Source: Lepidodermella squamata (lineage: Eukaryota > Animalia > Gastrotricha). Taken from it: DNA of 64,000 nt. A model generated the notes under the pieces. That model ran no database searches and had not been told where the DNA came from. It was given only the letters and a program-made list of their open reading frames with translations. Each line of letters begins with the position of its first letter. Position 1 is the stretch's first letter. A program made the translations under genes and the position numbers. Positions 11,901 to 22,800 of the stretch are shown piece after piece. The stretch spans positions 5,022,001 to 5,086,000 of the forward strand of contig JBLDXI010000024.1 in assembly GCA_047495785.1 (NCBI GenBank). Reading direction: 5' to 3'.

Positions 11901-14900
11901 ACCATTCTTAACAGCGATATGCAACGTCGTCCATCCATCGTTTTCAGCAGCGTCAACATTGCAATTAAACACACCGACTAGTATACTTACAATTTCAACG
12001 TTTCCGAGCAGAGCCGCGATGTGCAAGGGCGTCATGCCATTATCTAAAGCGGCATTAACGTTGCAGTTGCACTCGCCAGCTAGTAATATGACGATGTCCG
12101 CGTTTCCAATCATAGCAGCGATGTGCAAGGGCGTCACGCCATTCTCCATTGCAGCCTCAGCATAACATTTGAATTCACCGGCTAATATTTTCACAATTTC
12201 ATCGCGTTTATGTATAAGAGCCAAATGCAGTGGCGTCATGCCATTCGCCATGGCAGCATCAACATGGCAACTGTAAACTCCTGCAAGCATTTTTACGATT
12301 TCTTCGTGTCCACGCCGAGCTGCGACATGCAAGGGCGTCGTGCCATTCGCCATAGCTGCATTAACATTGCAATTGAAATCACCGGCTAACAAGTTCACAA
12401 TATCAGTGTGACCGTACTGAGCTGCGACATGCAAGGCCGTCATGCCATCGTCCATAGGGAGATCAACATTGCTATCGGAATTGCCAGCCAGAAGTTTCAC
12501 GATTTCTGCATTTCCCAATCCAGCAGCTATGTGCAAAGCCACCATGCTATTCGCGTGCCGAGCATTAACTTTACAATTGAACTCTACCGATAGCATTTTT
12601 ATGATTTCCACGTTTCCAAGCTCAGTAGCGATAATCAAGGGCGTCAGCCCATTTTCCATCACGGCGTCAACATCGCATTTGAAATCACCAGCTAACATTC
12701 TCACAATATCAGCGTGGCCATACTGAGCTGCGACATGCAAGGGCGTCGCGCCATTCGCCATAGCAGCATGAATGTCAAATTTGAAATCACTGGCTAACAG
12801 TTTCACAATATCGGCGTGACCATACTCAGCTGCGACATGCAAGGGCGTCGCGCCATTCGCCATAGCAGCATGAATGTCGAATTTGAAATCACTGGCTAAC
12901 AGTTTCACAATATCAGCGTGACCATTCTCAGCTGCGGCATGCAAGGACGTCGCGCCGTTCGCCATAGCAGCATCAACCTTGCAATTGAAATCACCAGCCA
13001 ACATTCTCGCAATTTCTGTTCGGCCATTTTTAGCAGCGAAATGCAAAGGAGTCGCGCCATTCAAATACTGAGCATCAACGTTGCAATGAATCCCGTCAGC
13101 TAGTATTTTTACGATTTCAGCGCGACCATTCTGAGCAGCCCTTAGTAACCGCTTCGCGTTGTCATCAAGTTCAAAATCGCTCCCACCTCCAAGTATTTTG
13201 ACGATGTCAGCGTGTCTATCCTGAGAAGGCATGTGCAGTGGCGTCGAACCATCTCCCATAGCGGCATTAACGTCGCAACTAAACTTCCCTGCTAGCAGTT
13301 TCACCATGTTCTCGTGTCCATTCTGGGCAGCTATGTGTAGAGGCGTTGCACCATTCTTATTCCGAGCGTTAACGTTACAATTCAGCTGAGTTACCAGCTT
13401 TTCGGCCATTTCTACATCTCCTGTTGCAGCAGCGATGTGCAAGGCTGTCAAGCCATCCTCATTTGTAGCATCTGCCGGGCAGTTGAACTCCTGGGCAAGT
13501 GTCTCCGCTACATCGAGGTTTCCTTCCACGACGGCGACATGAAAAGGAGTAAGTCCTGTCGGCATTGTTATGTTTGGATCGATGTATTCACCAGCAAGAA
13601 GTTCAACGACTTCGGGGTGACCATTCGCAGCAGCGACATGCAACGCGGACATTCCGCTCACATCCCGCCTCAGCACGTTTGCTTTCATCTGACCTGCGAG
13701 CAATTCGACAATTTTGGAGTGGCCATTCTTAGCTGCTGACCATATTGGCGTCTCATCATCGTTTTTCACAGTATCGATGCTTTCGGGTGAAACTTCTCCC
13801 AGGATTTTAACAGTTCGCAGCTTGCCGCTATTAGCGGCTATGTGAATAGGAGTTCTATTCAACAGGTCCTTGGATAGAGGATCAGCTTTGAACCTCGTTA
13901 CCAATAGCTCAACAATGTCATCATGTCCTTCTTGTGCCGCTAGAAACAACGGAGAGACACCATCACCGTTTTTGCAATTCACGTTAATATTCCCAGTTGA
14001 TAACAGATGGACGATTTCTTCGGTTTCGTGCTGCATGATTAGGCGAAAAAGCAACTGAATAAAATATGCTAGCATGTTTATAGTCACTGAAAAATTCGTC
14101 ATTACTTTTTCCCCTTCGCTCATCTCGGTTGTAGCATCATTTCCACCGATTTCATCTTCTGTTAACGAACTCTGCGCAGGGTTGAGTAAAGCTTGCGGTG
14201 GGACGCGCTTCGAACCGTTCTTTTCGCGAATTATTCCCAAGATAGTGCTTCGAAATTGTAATGAATAACCACGGGAATCATCAAAGTCTTTCGGATGATT
14301 GCTGTATATGTTAGAAGGTGATTCATGGGTCGGGATTTCAATAGTATTGCAACTTACAGTATGATCTCCGAGGTAGATTCAAACTGAAGAAAAGAATTTT
14401 CAAGAGCCTTCAACTTCAGGCGAGAATATTACTTACGGGCAAGTAGAAATTCGCCAACTCAAACATTGTGACACCTAAAGACCACCAGTCGCTCCCCTGC
14501 GAGTGATCTTTTTTCCCTAATACGTCCGGGGCTTTGTAAAGCTTTGTGACATTCCGAATCGGTTGCTTTTCGTCTATTGGAGAGCTATTGAAACAGTAAT
14601 TTCATATTGGGAAAACGTTTTTAGCGCAAACCTATTACCTATCGTAAATTTTGGCCAAGCCAAAACCCCCGAGCTTGACAGAGGTGCCGTCATATAGAAA
14701 TATATTCTTCGGCTCTATCGCGCGGTGAAGGATTCCGTTTTCATGCAGCATTGCCACTGCCAACGCAAGCTGCCGGGACCATTTCACCAACAAACTTTCG
14801 GGAATGGGCCCCGTCGATTTCTTCATGTAATCGTTCAAATTTCCATCACCGCAATACTCCATAACAAGAGTGTAAATTGTGCCGGCAGAACCATTCTCTT

Positions 14901-16542
14901 AAGAATATAAACATGTAGACGTCGATTATAATGATTTTAAATTGGCCTACCATTGAATGACCCGAAAACAGAAACAATATTAGGGTGCCGTAAATTCTCC
15001 AGTTTACGATTCTATCCGACAACATCTCAAGACGTTAATTTTGGATTATTTAAAATGCGGCTTTACCTCTTCTCGACTTAGGTTGAGGAGTCTTTCGGCA
15101 AAATCAGGATCGTTGTTGTAATTCTGTGGAATTGTGCTTATTTTGAAAGTCTTGACAACATAACGGGCCACGTCTTTGTATCGCCTGCACAGCATTGTTG
15201 TTGAGCCGAAGGTGCCAATGCCCAACTCTTTTTCAAGATTGAACTCGCGGATTGAAGAAAAGCTCATCTTCTCTGCTAATGTTACACGCTCTTCGCTGTG
15301 CTTCCGTTGCCTGATGAATTGACTTTCCAACAGATCCTTAGCCGTTGCTCGGAGAGATTTGTCTTTCAAGAGCATCGAGAGAACAAAGCAGCGGTACTCT
15401 ACTGAATAATTTCGCTCAATATCGAAAGGTTTCGGTTCTTTCCTGAGGATGAAAATGTAAAAGTTAATCTTATTCATGAAGTGGATGTTATTTTTTGCTC
15501 TTCAAGTATTTTAGAATACCAATTTTGCGAGGTAATGTCCAAGTATTGAACTCACCCCGTTATATCACCTTGGCTTTCAAACTGTAACGGGCAAAATTCC
15601 TTTGAATTGCTTAATCTAGAAGAGAGTTTAGCTTACTGGCAAGTAGAAATTCGCCAGTTCGAAGAAAGTTACGCCCAGCGACCACCAGTCACTCGCTTCT
15701 GAATTGCGCTCGTTGTAGAATATTTCAGGCGCCCTGTACAACGGTGTACCAAGTCCTATGAATGAGCTGCTCGACGACCTGCGAAGCAAATGATAGAACT
15801 TCTCCAACCGTGGTATGCCTATATAAAAGCTCACTCGCTTGCTGGCGGTCTAGCCAGGCCGAAATCGCCAAGTTTAACTGTTCTCTCGTCTTCACATAAA
15901 AATATGTTCGACGGCTTGATATCACGATGCAGCACACGGTAGCTGTGCATCTTATCGACGGCTGACACCAACTGGCAAGCCCACCCGTGCAAGACCTCTT
16001 CGAGTATTACCTCGTTGGCTTCTTTTTTCCCTCTGATGTAACCTGCCAAATCACCTTTGGAACAATACTCCATCACCAAGTAGTGAATCTCGTCCTCGAC
16101 TTCCCCATTGTCGAGCCCTTCGCCCGGTTGCCGCAAAATTTCTAAAATAACATGCATTTAGCTCAGGGCAGGTATCAAAGTATTTTGCAATAATACCTGT
16201 AAATGTCCCATAAATGGCGACAATGTTATCATGCTCCACCAATTTTGTTACTTTGCACTGATGCAATAATGACAAATTTTGTATTGTTGAAGAAAACATC
16301 GATTAATTAATTAAGTTTTGAGTTACCTCTCGGCGGATCAATTTTGCAAGCTTATTGCGCTCGTCGACGCTCTTCGTTTCGTTTTTCCTCAGAATCGCGT
16401 TCACATTAACAGCCTTCACAGCGCAGTATTCAATAGCAGAATTATCGGCTGTATGCCGACATAGCCATACAGAACCAAAACTTCCCCCTCCCAGTGGGTT
16501 AAATCTTTTAAATTCAGATATTGAGGTGACCATAGCCGCCAT
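8950..16542 (-). CDS. Tandem NEK-like kinase + pseudokinase + about 40 ankyrin repeats, multi-exon
   Basis: Kinase 1 (16542-about 15320): GGGSFGSV, CAVK, HRDIKPSN, DFG, APE, SDWWSLG. Kinase 2 (about 15270-14190): HRAIEPKN and GFG. The kinase 2 C-lobe exons splice in frame (FESTSEIIL/NHPKDFDD..LGIIREK) into the 1458-aa ankyrin ORF. A probable last ankyrin exon lies at about 9347-8950. Confidence 0.8.
11580..11830 (-). repeat. Near-identical 102-bp (34-aa) ankyrin unit triplication inside the CDS
   Basis: TPLHIAARYGHAEIVR occurs three times at 102-bp spacing with almost identical DNA. A similar duplication lies at about 12700-12920. Confidence 0.85.
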
Positions 16543-17506
16543 GTCGACTAAATGACTTCTAGCCCTCTAAACATAGGAAATAGAGGTAATTCTGGAAAAA
16601 GCAGCGTATGATCTTGGGCCTGAAGCTTCCGGGGATGAAAAACGTACAGTTGGACCCCGATTTCCCGTCACTTGATTTCCAGTCTGACCGGAAATGCGAT
16701 ATGTAAATATTCATGAGCGACTTGGACCTGCAGAAGGAAATTTCCCGGATATCCCGTCGGGATTTTCTTCGTGGAAATCCACAAGGCGGGAAATCAGGGC
16801 AACTGGCAAGTAATTTCAATTACAAAAACGAGCGAGGGAAATTTTGAAGATTACCCACCAACCACCAAACCACGCTTCTAAAACCTCTTAAAATTGACTA
16901 AATAGTAGGCTGAATTTTCATTTTCTTCTCCGGTCTGGCCGAGTTCGGGATGATACCCCCCCTTCTCCCCGAGCACTCCGCCCTAATCCCTCCTACTACC
17001 TGAAAGTCGCACACTGGGGAAAACAAAGTTATGGGCAGTGCTTCTCGCAGGAGAAAATATATACTGGGAGGGAACAATGGCGATAAGATAACTTTTTTCT
17101 TTCAGAGTCAATTCGCTGAATTTCCTGGTTTCAGGTTTAAGTGTTTTGATAAGAAATGTATCTCCGATGTTGAAGTTACATGCAACCGTCAGCTAGCGTC
17201 AATAAGTTTTTATCTTTGTTCCAAGTTCCGAGTAATTGCATCGCGCCAAATTATCATATTTTGACGCCGTATCTGCTCAAGTAATTGAGCAGTTGTCGTA
17301 CAGAGCCAATGCTATAAAAGAATGGTTTTATCGGATTCGTGAACGCTTGGTAATTAATGGCATCATTGGTCGGCATGAAGCCTGCAAAGATCATTTTAGT
17401 AAAAAAATGTTCCGCAAAACACTTTGAATTTCAAATTATTCCGTGGGATTTGCCAGACATTAAGAATGGCGTTTCGGTTGTTTTACATGCCTGTATAAAA
17501 ACCCAC

Positions 17507-17525
17507 TCAATTCCTACTGGCGACG
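17507..17525 (+). pseudogene. 3' remnant of tRNA-Ser(AGA)
   Basis: TCAATTCCTACTGGCGACG plus its downstream flank matches the 3' end of array Ser (41279-41360). Confidence 0.55.
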
Positions 17526-17602
17526 ACAGTTTTTGCATTAGTTGCATTACTGAAACTAAATTCTTCAGTTTTAGCCTCGAGAACAGTCCTCGCTTTCATC
17601 AG

Positions 17603-17674
17603 GCGTCAGTGGTGTAACGGTCAGCATGGTTGCCTTCCAAGCAGCCGATCCGGGTTCGACTCCCGGCTGACGCA
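17603..17674 (+). tRNA. tRNA-Gly(TCC), orphan copy
   Basis: Cloverleaf GCGTCAG/CTGACGC, anticodon loop CT-TCC-AA; same sequence as the array copy. Confidence 0.93.
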
Positions 17675-17753
17675 CACGTTTTTAGCTCACACGTTTGAAA
17701 GCAATTGCTAGTGACGAGATTAAAGCTGTCCTTCCCAAAACCAGCGTTCGAAA

Positions 17754-17825
17754 GGTCCCATGGTGTAGCGGTTAGCACTCTGGACTCTGAATCCAGCGAC
17801 TCGAGTTCGATTCTCGATGGGACCT
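17754..17825 (+). tRNA. tRNA-Gln(CTG), orphan copy
   Basis: GGTCCCA/TGGGACC acceptor stem, CT-CTG-AA loop. Confidence 0.93.
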
Positions 17826-17927
17826 TGATAAGTTTTTTCAAACAAACATAGCTGGAAGGAACTCAACAGCTGGAAACTTGCGATCATAATATTTGTTACC
17901 ATTCAAACCTTTTCTTTCACTAGCCTA

Positions 17928-17999
17928 GGGGGCATAGCTCAGTGGTAGAGCGTCTCATTCGCATTGTGAAGGTCTCGGGTTCAATCCCCGATGCCTCCA
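17928..17999 (+). tRNA. tRNA-Ala(CGC), orphan copy
   Basis: G3:U70 pair, TT-CGC-AT loop, one U-U mismatch in the anticodon stem. Confidence 0.88.
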
Positions 18000-18086
18000 G
18001 TTGGCAATTTTTTCGCGTAACCTCTCGAAGATTAGTTGCTATATCGGTGAAAGTGACCGGAAATTACGCTAAAAATGTGAAAATAG

Positions 18087-18170
18087 TGTCAGAAGTGGGG
18101 TTCGAACCCACGCCCTCTTTCGAGGACCAGATCTTGAGTCTGGCGCCTTAGACCGCTCGGCCATCCTGAC
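18087..18170 (-). tRNA. tRNA-Leu(CAA), orphan copy
   Basis: GTCAGGA..TTCTGAC-A, CT-CAA-GA loop, long variable arm, no intron. Confidence 0.93.
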
Positions 18171-18226
18171 CGTCTGACTGAATATTCAATTTGATTCAGA
18201 TGAACCAATATAAATGTGTAAAGTAG

Positions 18227-18270
18227 TGTCAGAAGTGTGGAAAGAAGCCCGCCCGCAGCGCTCGGCCATC
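18227..18270 (-). pseudogene. Degraded tRNA-Leu remnant
   Basis: The ends TGTCAGAAGTG and CGCTCGGCCATC are kept; the middle is deleted. Confidence 0.55.
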
Positions 18271-19808
18271 ATTATTCTATATGCATGGTGGTCTCTGAGC
18301 CATGCTGAAATTCATTGTCTTCGTTTCTCCTCTCACTGCATCATGTCCCAATTCGGGAATGATACAAAAACTGCGGAAAAAAATGAACATCTCGCAATCG
18401 CCGAACTAATAAAATAGCAAGACCGACTTTCCTGCAGCAATTGAGGAGAAAATTACGGCAGTGTCGATGTCATACAGTCGCGTAATATCATGATCGGGGG
18501 TGTACGCGGCCGAAAGTTATTAACAGTTGAAGCACCTCTCAAGCCGCCGGTATTCAGTTTTTGTGTCATCGTGCCGCAATAAAAAGGCAACCGAGTTGCA
18601 CATCAACACAGGCCAGCTATCGTGCTAGTAATCAAGACGGTGACGCTGCCACTCGTCAAGGCTCAACTGCGTCTGGCCGTATAATGCCGCTACACTGCAT
18701 TGTCATCTCAGTATTTAGGCGCACCTCACTGAGTGGCTGGGTCAATTAAACAGCGTTAATTACCCCGCGTAATCCCGCGACTCATGTGATATCTCAAGTG
18801 TTAGTCAAATACGCGGGCGCGCGGCAGTTTTGCCCGGCTGAATGCTGACTGCTGACTGAGTAGTTTTGCCTGGTGCAATGTCGTGCCACTCGGCCGGGGG
18901 TGGTTGGTTGGTTGGTTTTTTTCTTCTATGTTTTTTTACGACATCGACGACGACAGCGAACCTGGACGAAACACCCTGCGATGTGATAATATCGATCCCG
19001 ATAGAAATCGGCCATGCGCGATAATAGCAAGCAGGAGAGGAGAGCGGCATTAATTGCTATAATGCCCATCGATCGCCGGCTTAAATCACGCCTGATAACG
19101 CTTCCTGTTACTGAGCTGCGTATATTGCGATGCTTCGCCACTGGGTTATATTGAGTTTGTTTTACTCGCCCCTCCATGTATATTATCAAAAATATACGCT
19201 ACTTTTATTAAATTTTTCGCCGTCGTCACAAGCACAGGACCCGACTTCCGTATTTTAATCAGCGGACACGTTGCATCAGCTACATATAGGAAGAAGCGCC
19301 GTTTTCTAAATCCAGACTTTTCTACTTTACTTTTTATACCAGCCGAAAAAAGTTATTTAATTTCGAAAATAGCACTTGACTCGAATTTCGGCTTTTAAGT
19401 TCTGGTTTCACGAATTTTAAAAGCTAGAGACAATCTGTGATTTCATAGGAAAAGTTGAAGTTCAACCAGGCGTGACATCCTAGCCTAAGGTGAATTAGTA
19501 TATTTATTCCGTTGATATGATACTGATGCCATACATTAAAATAGTCACTGATATATCCAATATTTATCCAATTAAATTGATGGAATTTTTTCCGATTTTT
19601 TAGGATTATCTATTTATTTTTGAAATTAATTAAAGTCACTGTTGATTTATTCCGATTTTTTTACTCATTTTTAATAAGTTTCAAGATTATTTTCTCACCT
19701 GTTTCATTGTCAATTTAGTTAGTATCACATTTTATCACGCTTGACTGATTTTTGGTGGAATGCGAATACTGTTGAAGGCGTGAAATTCGACATAAATCGA
19801 CATCTCTC

Positions 19809-22800
19809 ATGGCTTCAAGCAACGACGAAACCGGCGATACGCGCGTCGACGTTCCGGTTCCAGTGCCGGTACCGGCCCCGGCGCCGCCGCCACCAGCGAC
19901 TCAAAGTAAAGCCGACAAGGCGGCAACGCCAGAGCGTGACACATGGGCCGGCAAGCTGGACTTCATCCTATCGTGCGTTGGCTACTGCATCGGCTTGGGC
20001 AATGTGTGGCGATTTCCTTACTTGTGCTATGAAAACGGCGGCGGTGCGTTTCTGCTGCCCTACCTGATCATGCTGGTACTGGCTGGCACCCCGATGTACG
20101 TGCTCGAGGCGTCGCTGGGCCAGTTGACGTCATCTGGAGTACTCGGGTGCTGGCGCATGTGTCCCATTTTCAAGGTGAGCTTATTAATACAATGGGAAAA
20201 TAATTCAGGAATTAAAAAAATTGAATTCAAATACTTATTCAACGTTGAGCAATTAGGAATCATCGAATGGTTACAACCGGTAAAATCAACGAAAAATTCT
20301 GACATTAATTAGAGAAGCTTAAGAAGAACTGTTTATAAGTGAATTCAGCCGCGATTCTTTGTGAGCGGCAATTTAGCAGTGTCAAATCAGATGAGTAAAA
20401 AATTCAAATTTCAAGTTGCCCTGTTGTTATAGACTAGTCTTGACCCAAGGTATAAACTGCTGAAATTCCGCAGCAGAAAGGTCACTGGTTCCAAATCACT
20501 GAAATGAAAAAAAAAATTAATTGGAAAATCGAAAAAATTCAGGAAAAATCTAAAATCACTGCTGAATCGATTGTCGCAGCTGAAATGTCACTGCTCACTA
20601 CAGGGTGGTCAGAAAAAGCCGCTGGAGGGGGGCGAAGGCCATTGATTGGAGTTTGCGTAGATTTAATGTAGAGTTTTAAAATAAAACTGCGGCTTTTTCT
20701 TAAAAACCCAGTAATCACTCATTTGAGCTGCAAAGGTCGAACAACAGTAAAAAAAAAACTAATGACTACTATTTTGAAAGCCTGATATTAAATTTAAAAA
20801 ATGGGTTTCTAGTGAAGACTTGAAAAACGAAAAACCGTTTTCTGGGAAAAAAAAATCTAGCGCTATATAGAGTCGCAAAAACATTGCTGAAATCCTAAAT
20901 ATAGAGTTCGCGCTAAATTAGGGTCAGGGTTAGCTGTTCGGTATATTCGATGATAAATTCAGCAAAAAACGTAAAAATATATAAAATTAAATATTTAATT
21001 AATCATTCATTTTTAAAATTAATTTCGATTTTTTTGAATTTGATAGAAATGAAATTCTTAGAAATATTTCTATTTTCGCCTCTTGCAAGCTGAAACCCTT
21101 TTACCTTTTATTATTATCAAAATTGCTGTGAAAATACAATTCTTATGTACTGGAATGAAATTGATAACAGGGCGTCGGCTATGCGGCGACGATAATGGCG
21201 TTCTGGCTCAACCTGTACTACATCGTGTTGCTGGCATGGGCCGCCTTCTACCTCGCCAACTCGTTCCAAACCCCGTTGCCATGGGCGACGTGCGGCAACG
21301 CGTGGAACACGGCCGACTGTTACACGGACGATGAAATAATCGCGTGCAACGCGGCGAAAGTCGACCCGTCAACCCTGACGTCGCCGGCCTTCTCGTACGC
21401 CAACGCGACGACGCGCATCAACATCGACTGCGAGCGCATCAGCCGCACCGGCGCCGCCTCCGTCTACGAGTTCTGGATCCGCAACGTGCTGCAAAAGTCG
21501 TCCGGCATCGAGGAGCCGGGCGACGTGCGCTGGCAGCTGTGCGCCTGCCTGCTCGCCATGTGGACGCTGTGCTACTTTTGCATATGGAAGGGCGTCAAGT
21601 GGACGGGCAAGGTCGTGTACCTGACGGCGGTTCTGCCCTACGTTCTGCTTATTGTGCTCTTCTTCCGCGCGGTCACGCTGCCCGGCGCCGGCCAGGGCGT
21701 CCTCTACTATGTCTATCCGCGCTTCGATAAAATGCTCGACTCGCAGGTACATACAATGATATTCAGATTTTTTAGATTTCTTTACCTATTTTCGGAGAAT
21801 TTTCATTTATTAAAAAAAAATAATAATGGGATTTTAATGGGAATTCACTACAAAATTATTGAATGCAGTACCAAACATCATTGAATTCTGTACAAAATTA
21901 TTCCATTCATTCCCGAATCTCAATTCCAAGTACCAGCCTCTAACCCTAATCTAACCCCAACCTAACCCTAACCAGTTAAAAACCGAATAAAATGGCCAGG
22001 CTTTGAATTGAATGAAATTTTGTACAGCTGTAAGATTTTCCTAGAAATAATTTTATTTTTGTTTTTTGAGAGGAAAAATATTCGAAAATGCCATATTTTA
22101 ATGAATTATGGAAATATTTTAATGTTATCTTGTCACGTGACCTTACCTAGTGTCAGATTTCCTGGAGAGTTTGATAGCTAGAAATGTATTCAGCTTTGGG
22201 ACACCTGTGATAAGATAATTATTCTGGAGTCATCCTTTTCAATGACACCATTTTATTGACAGTCTTCGCCGCAATCTATACGAAAAACTGGTTCCCATTA
22301 AAGCCGAGAATGTTTTTGGAAAATATTTTTATTTTTCTTTATCTATTGACACGATTAGCTTTTCCGATAGGGAAAATGCGGGGATGAAGAATCTGATAAC
22401 TGCATATTTTTATCATCTACCGTTATTGAGATATTCCAGTGTCAAGTTGTCACGTGACCTTACCTGTTGTCACACCTGGACGATTATCTCAAGAACGGTG
22501 ATAGCTAGGAAGCCGCTTTCAAAGAAAAAGTTTATCAGGGTGATGTGATCTATCTAGAAATGCCTACAGTTGGGTCATAGGAATTACTTCGTGCAAAATC
22601 GATTTTGATGACACTTGGTGACAGTCCCAAACAAAACGGCTCCTAGCTCATCACCAAGACACTGGTCATCTATCCGTTTTCCCCGAATTGATACGATTTC
22701 CCAACTCGGAGATATGCCTTTCAGACACCCTGGAGTTGTAGTCACTCTGCAGGATTTTTTAAATATAGGGTGGCAGGAAAAGATGCCGTTGGGCGTCAAT

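Noticed and set aside
9919-14268. Plus-strand ORFs opposite the ankyrin exon
   Set aside because: Antisense shadows of the repetitive ankyrin coding strand.
21941-21973. Degenerate (TAACCC)n telomere-like tract; also TTAGGGTCAGGGTTAG near 20918
   Set aside because: Only a few imperfect units inside introns; too short to call an interstitial telomere or an element.
22128-22512. Repeated TGTCACGTGACCTTACCT motif in an SLC6 intron
   Set aside because: Two short copies with no terminal inverted repeats or target-site duplications; cannot support a mobile-element call.
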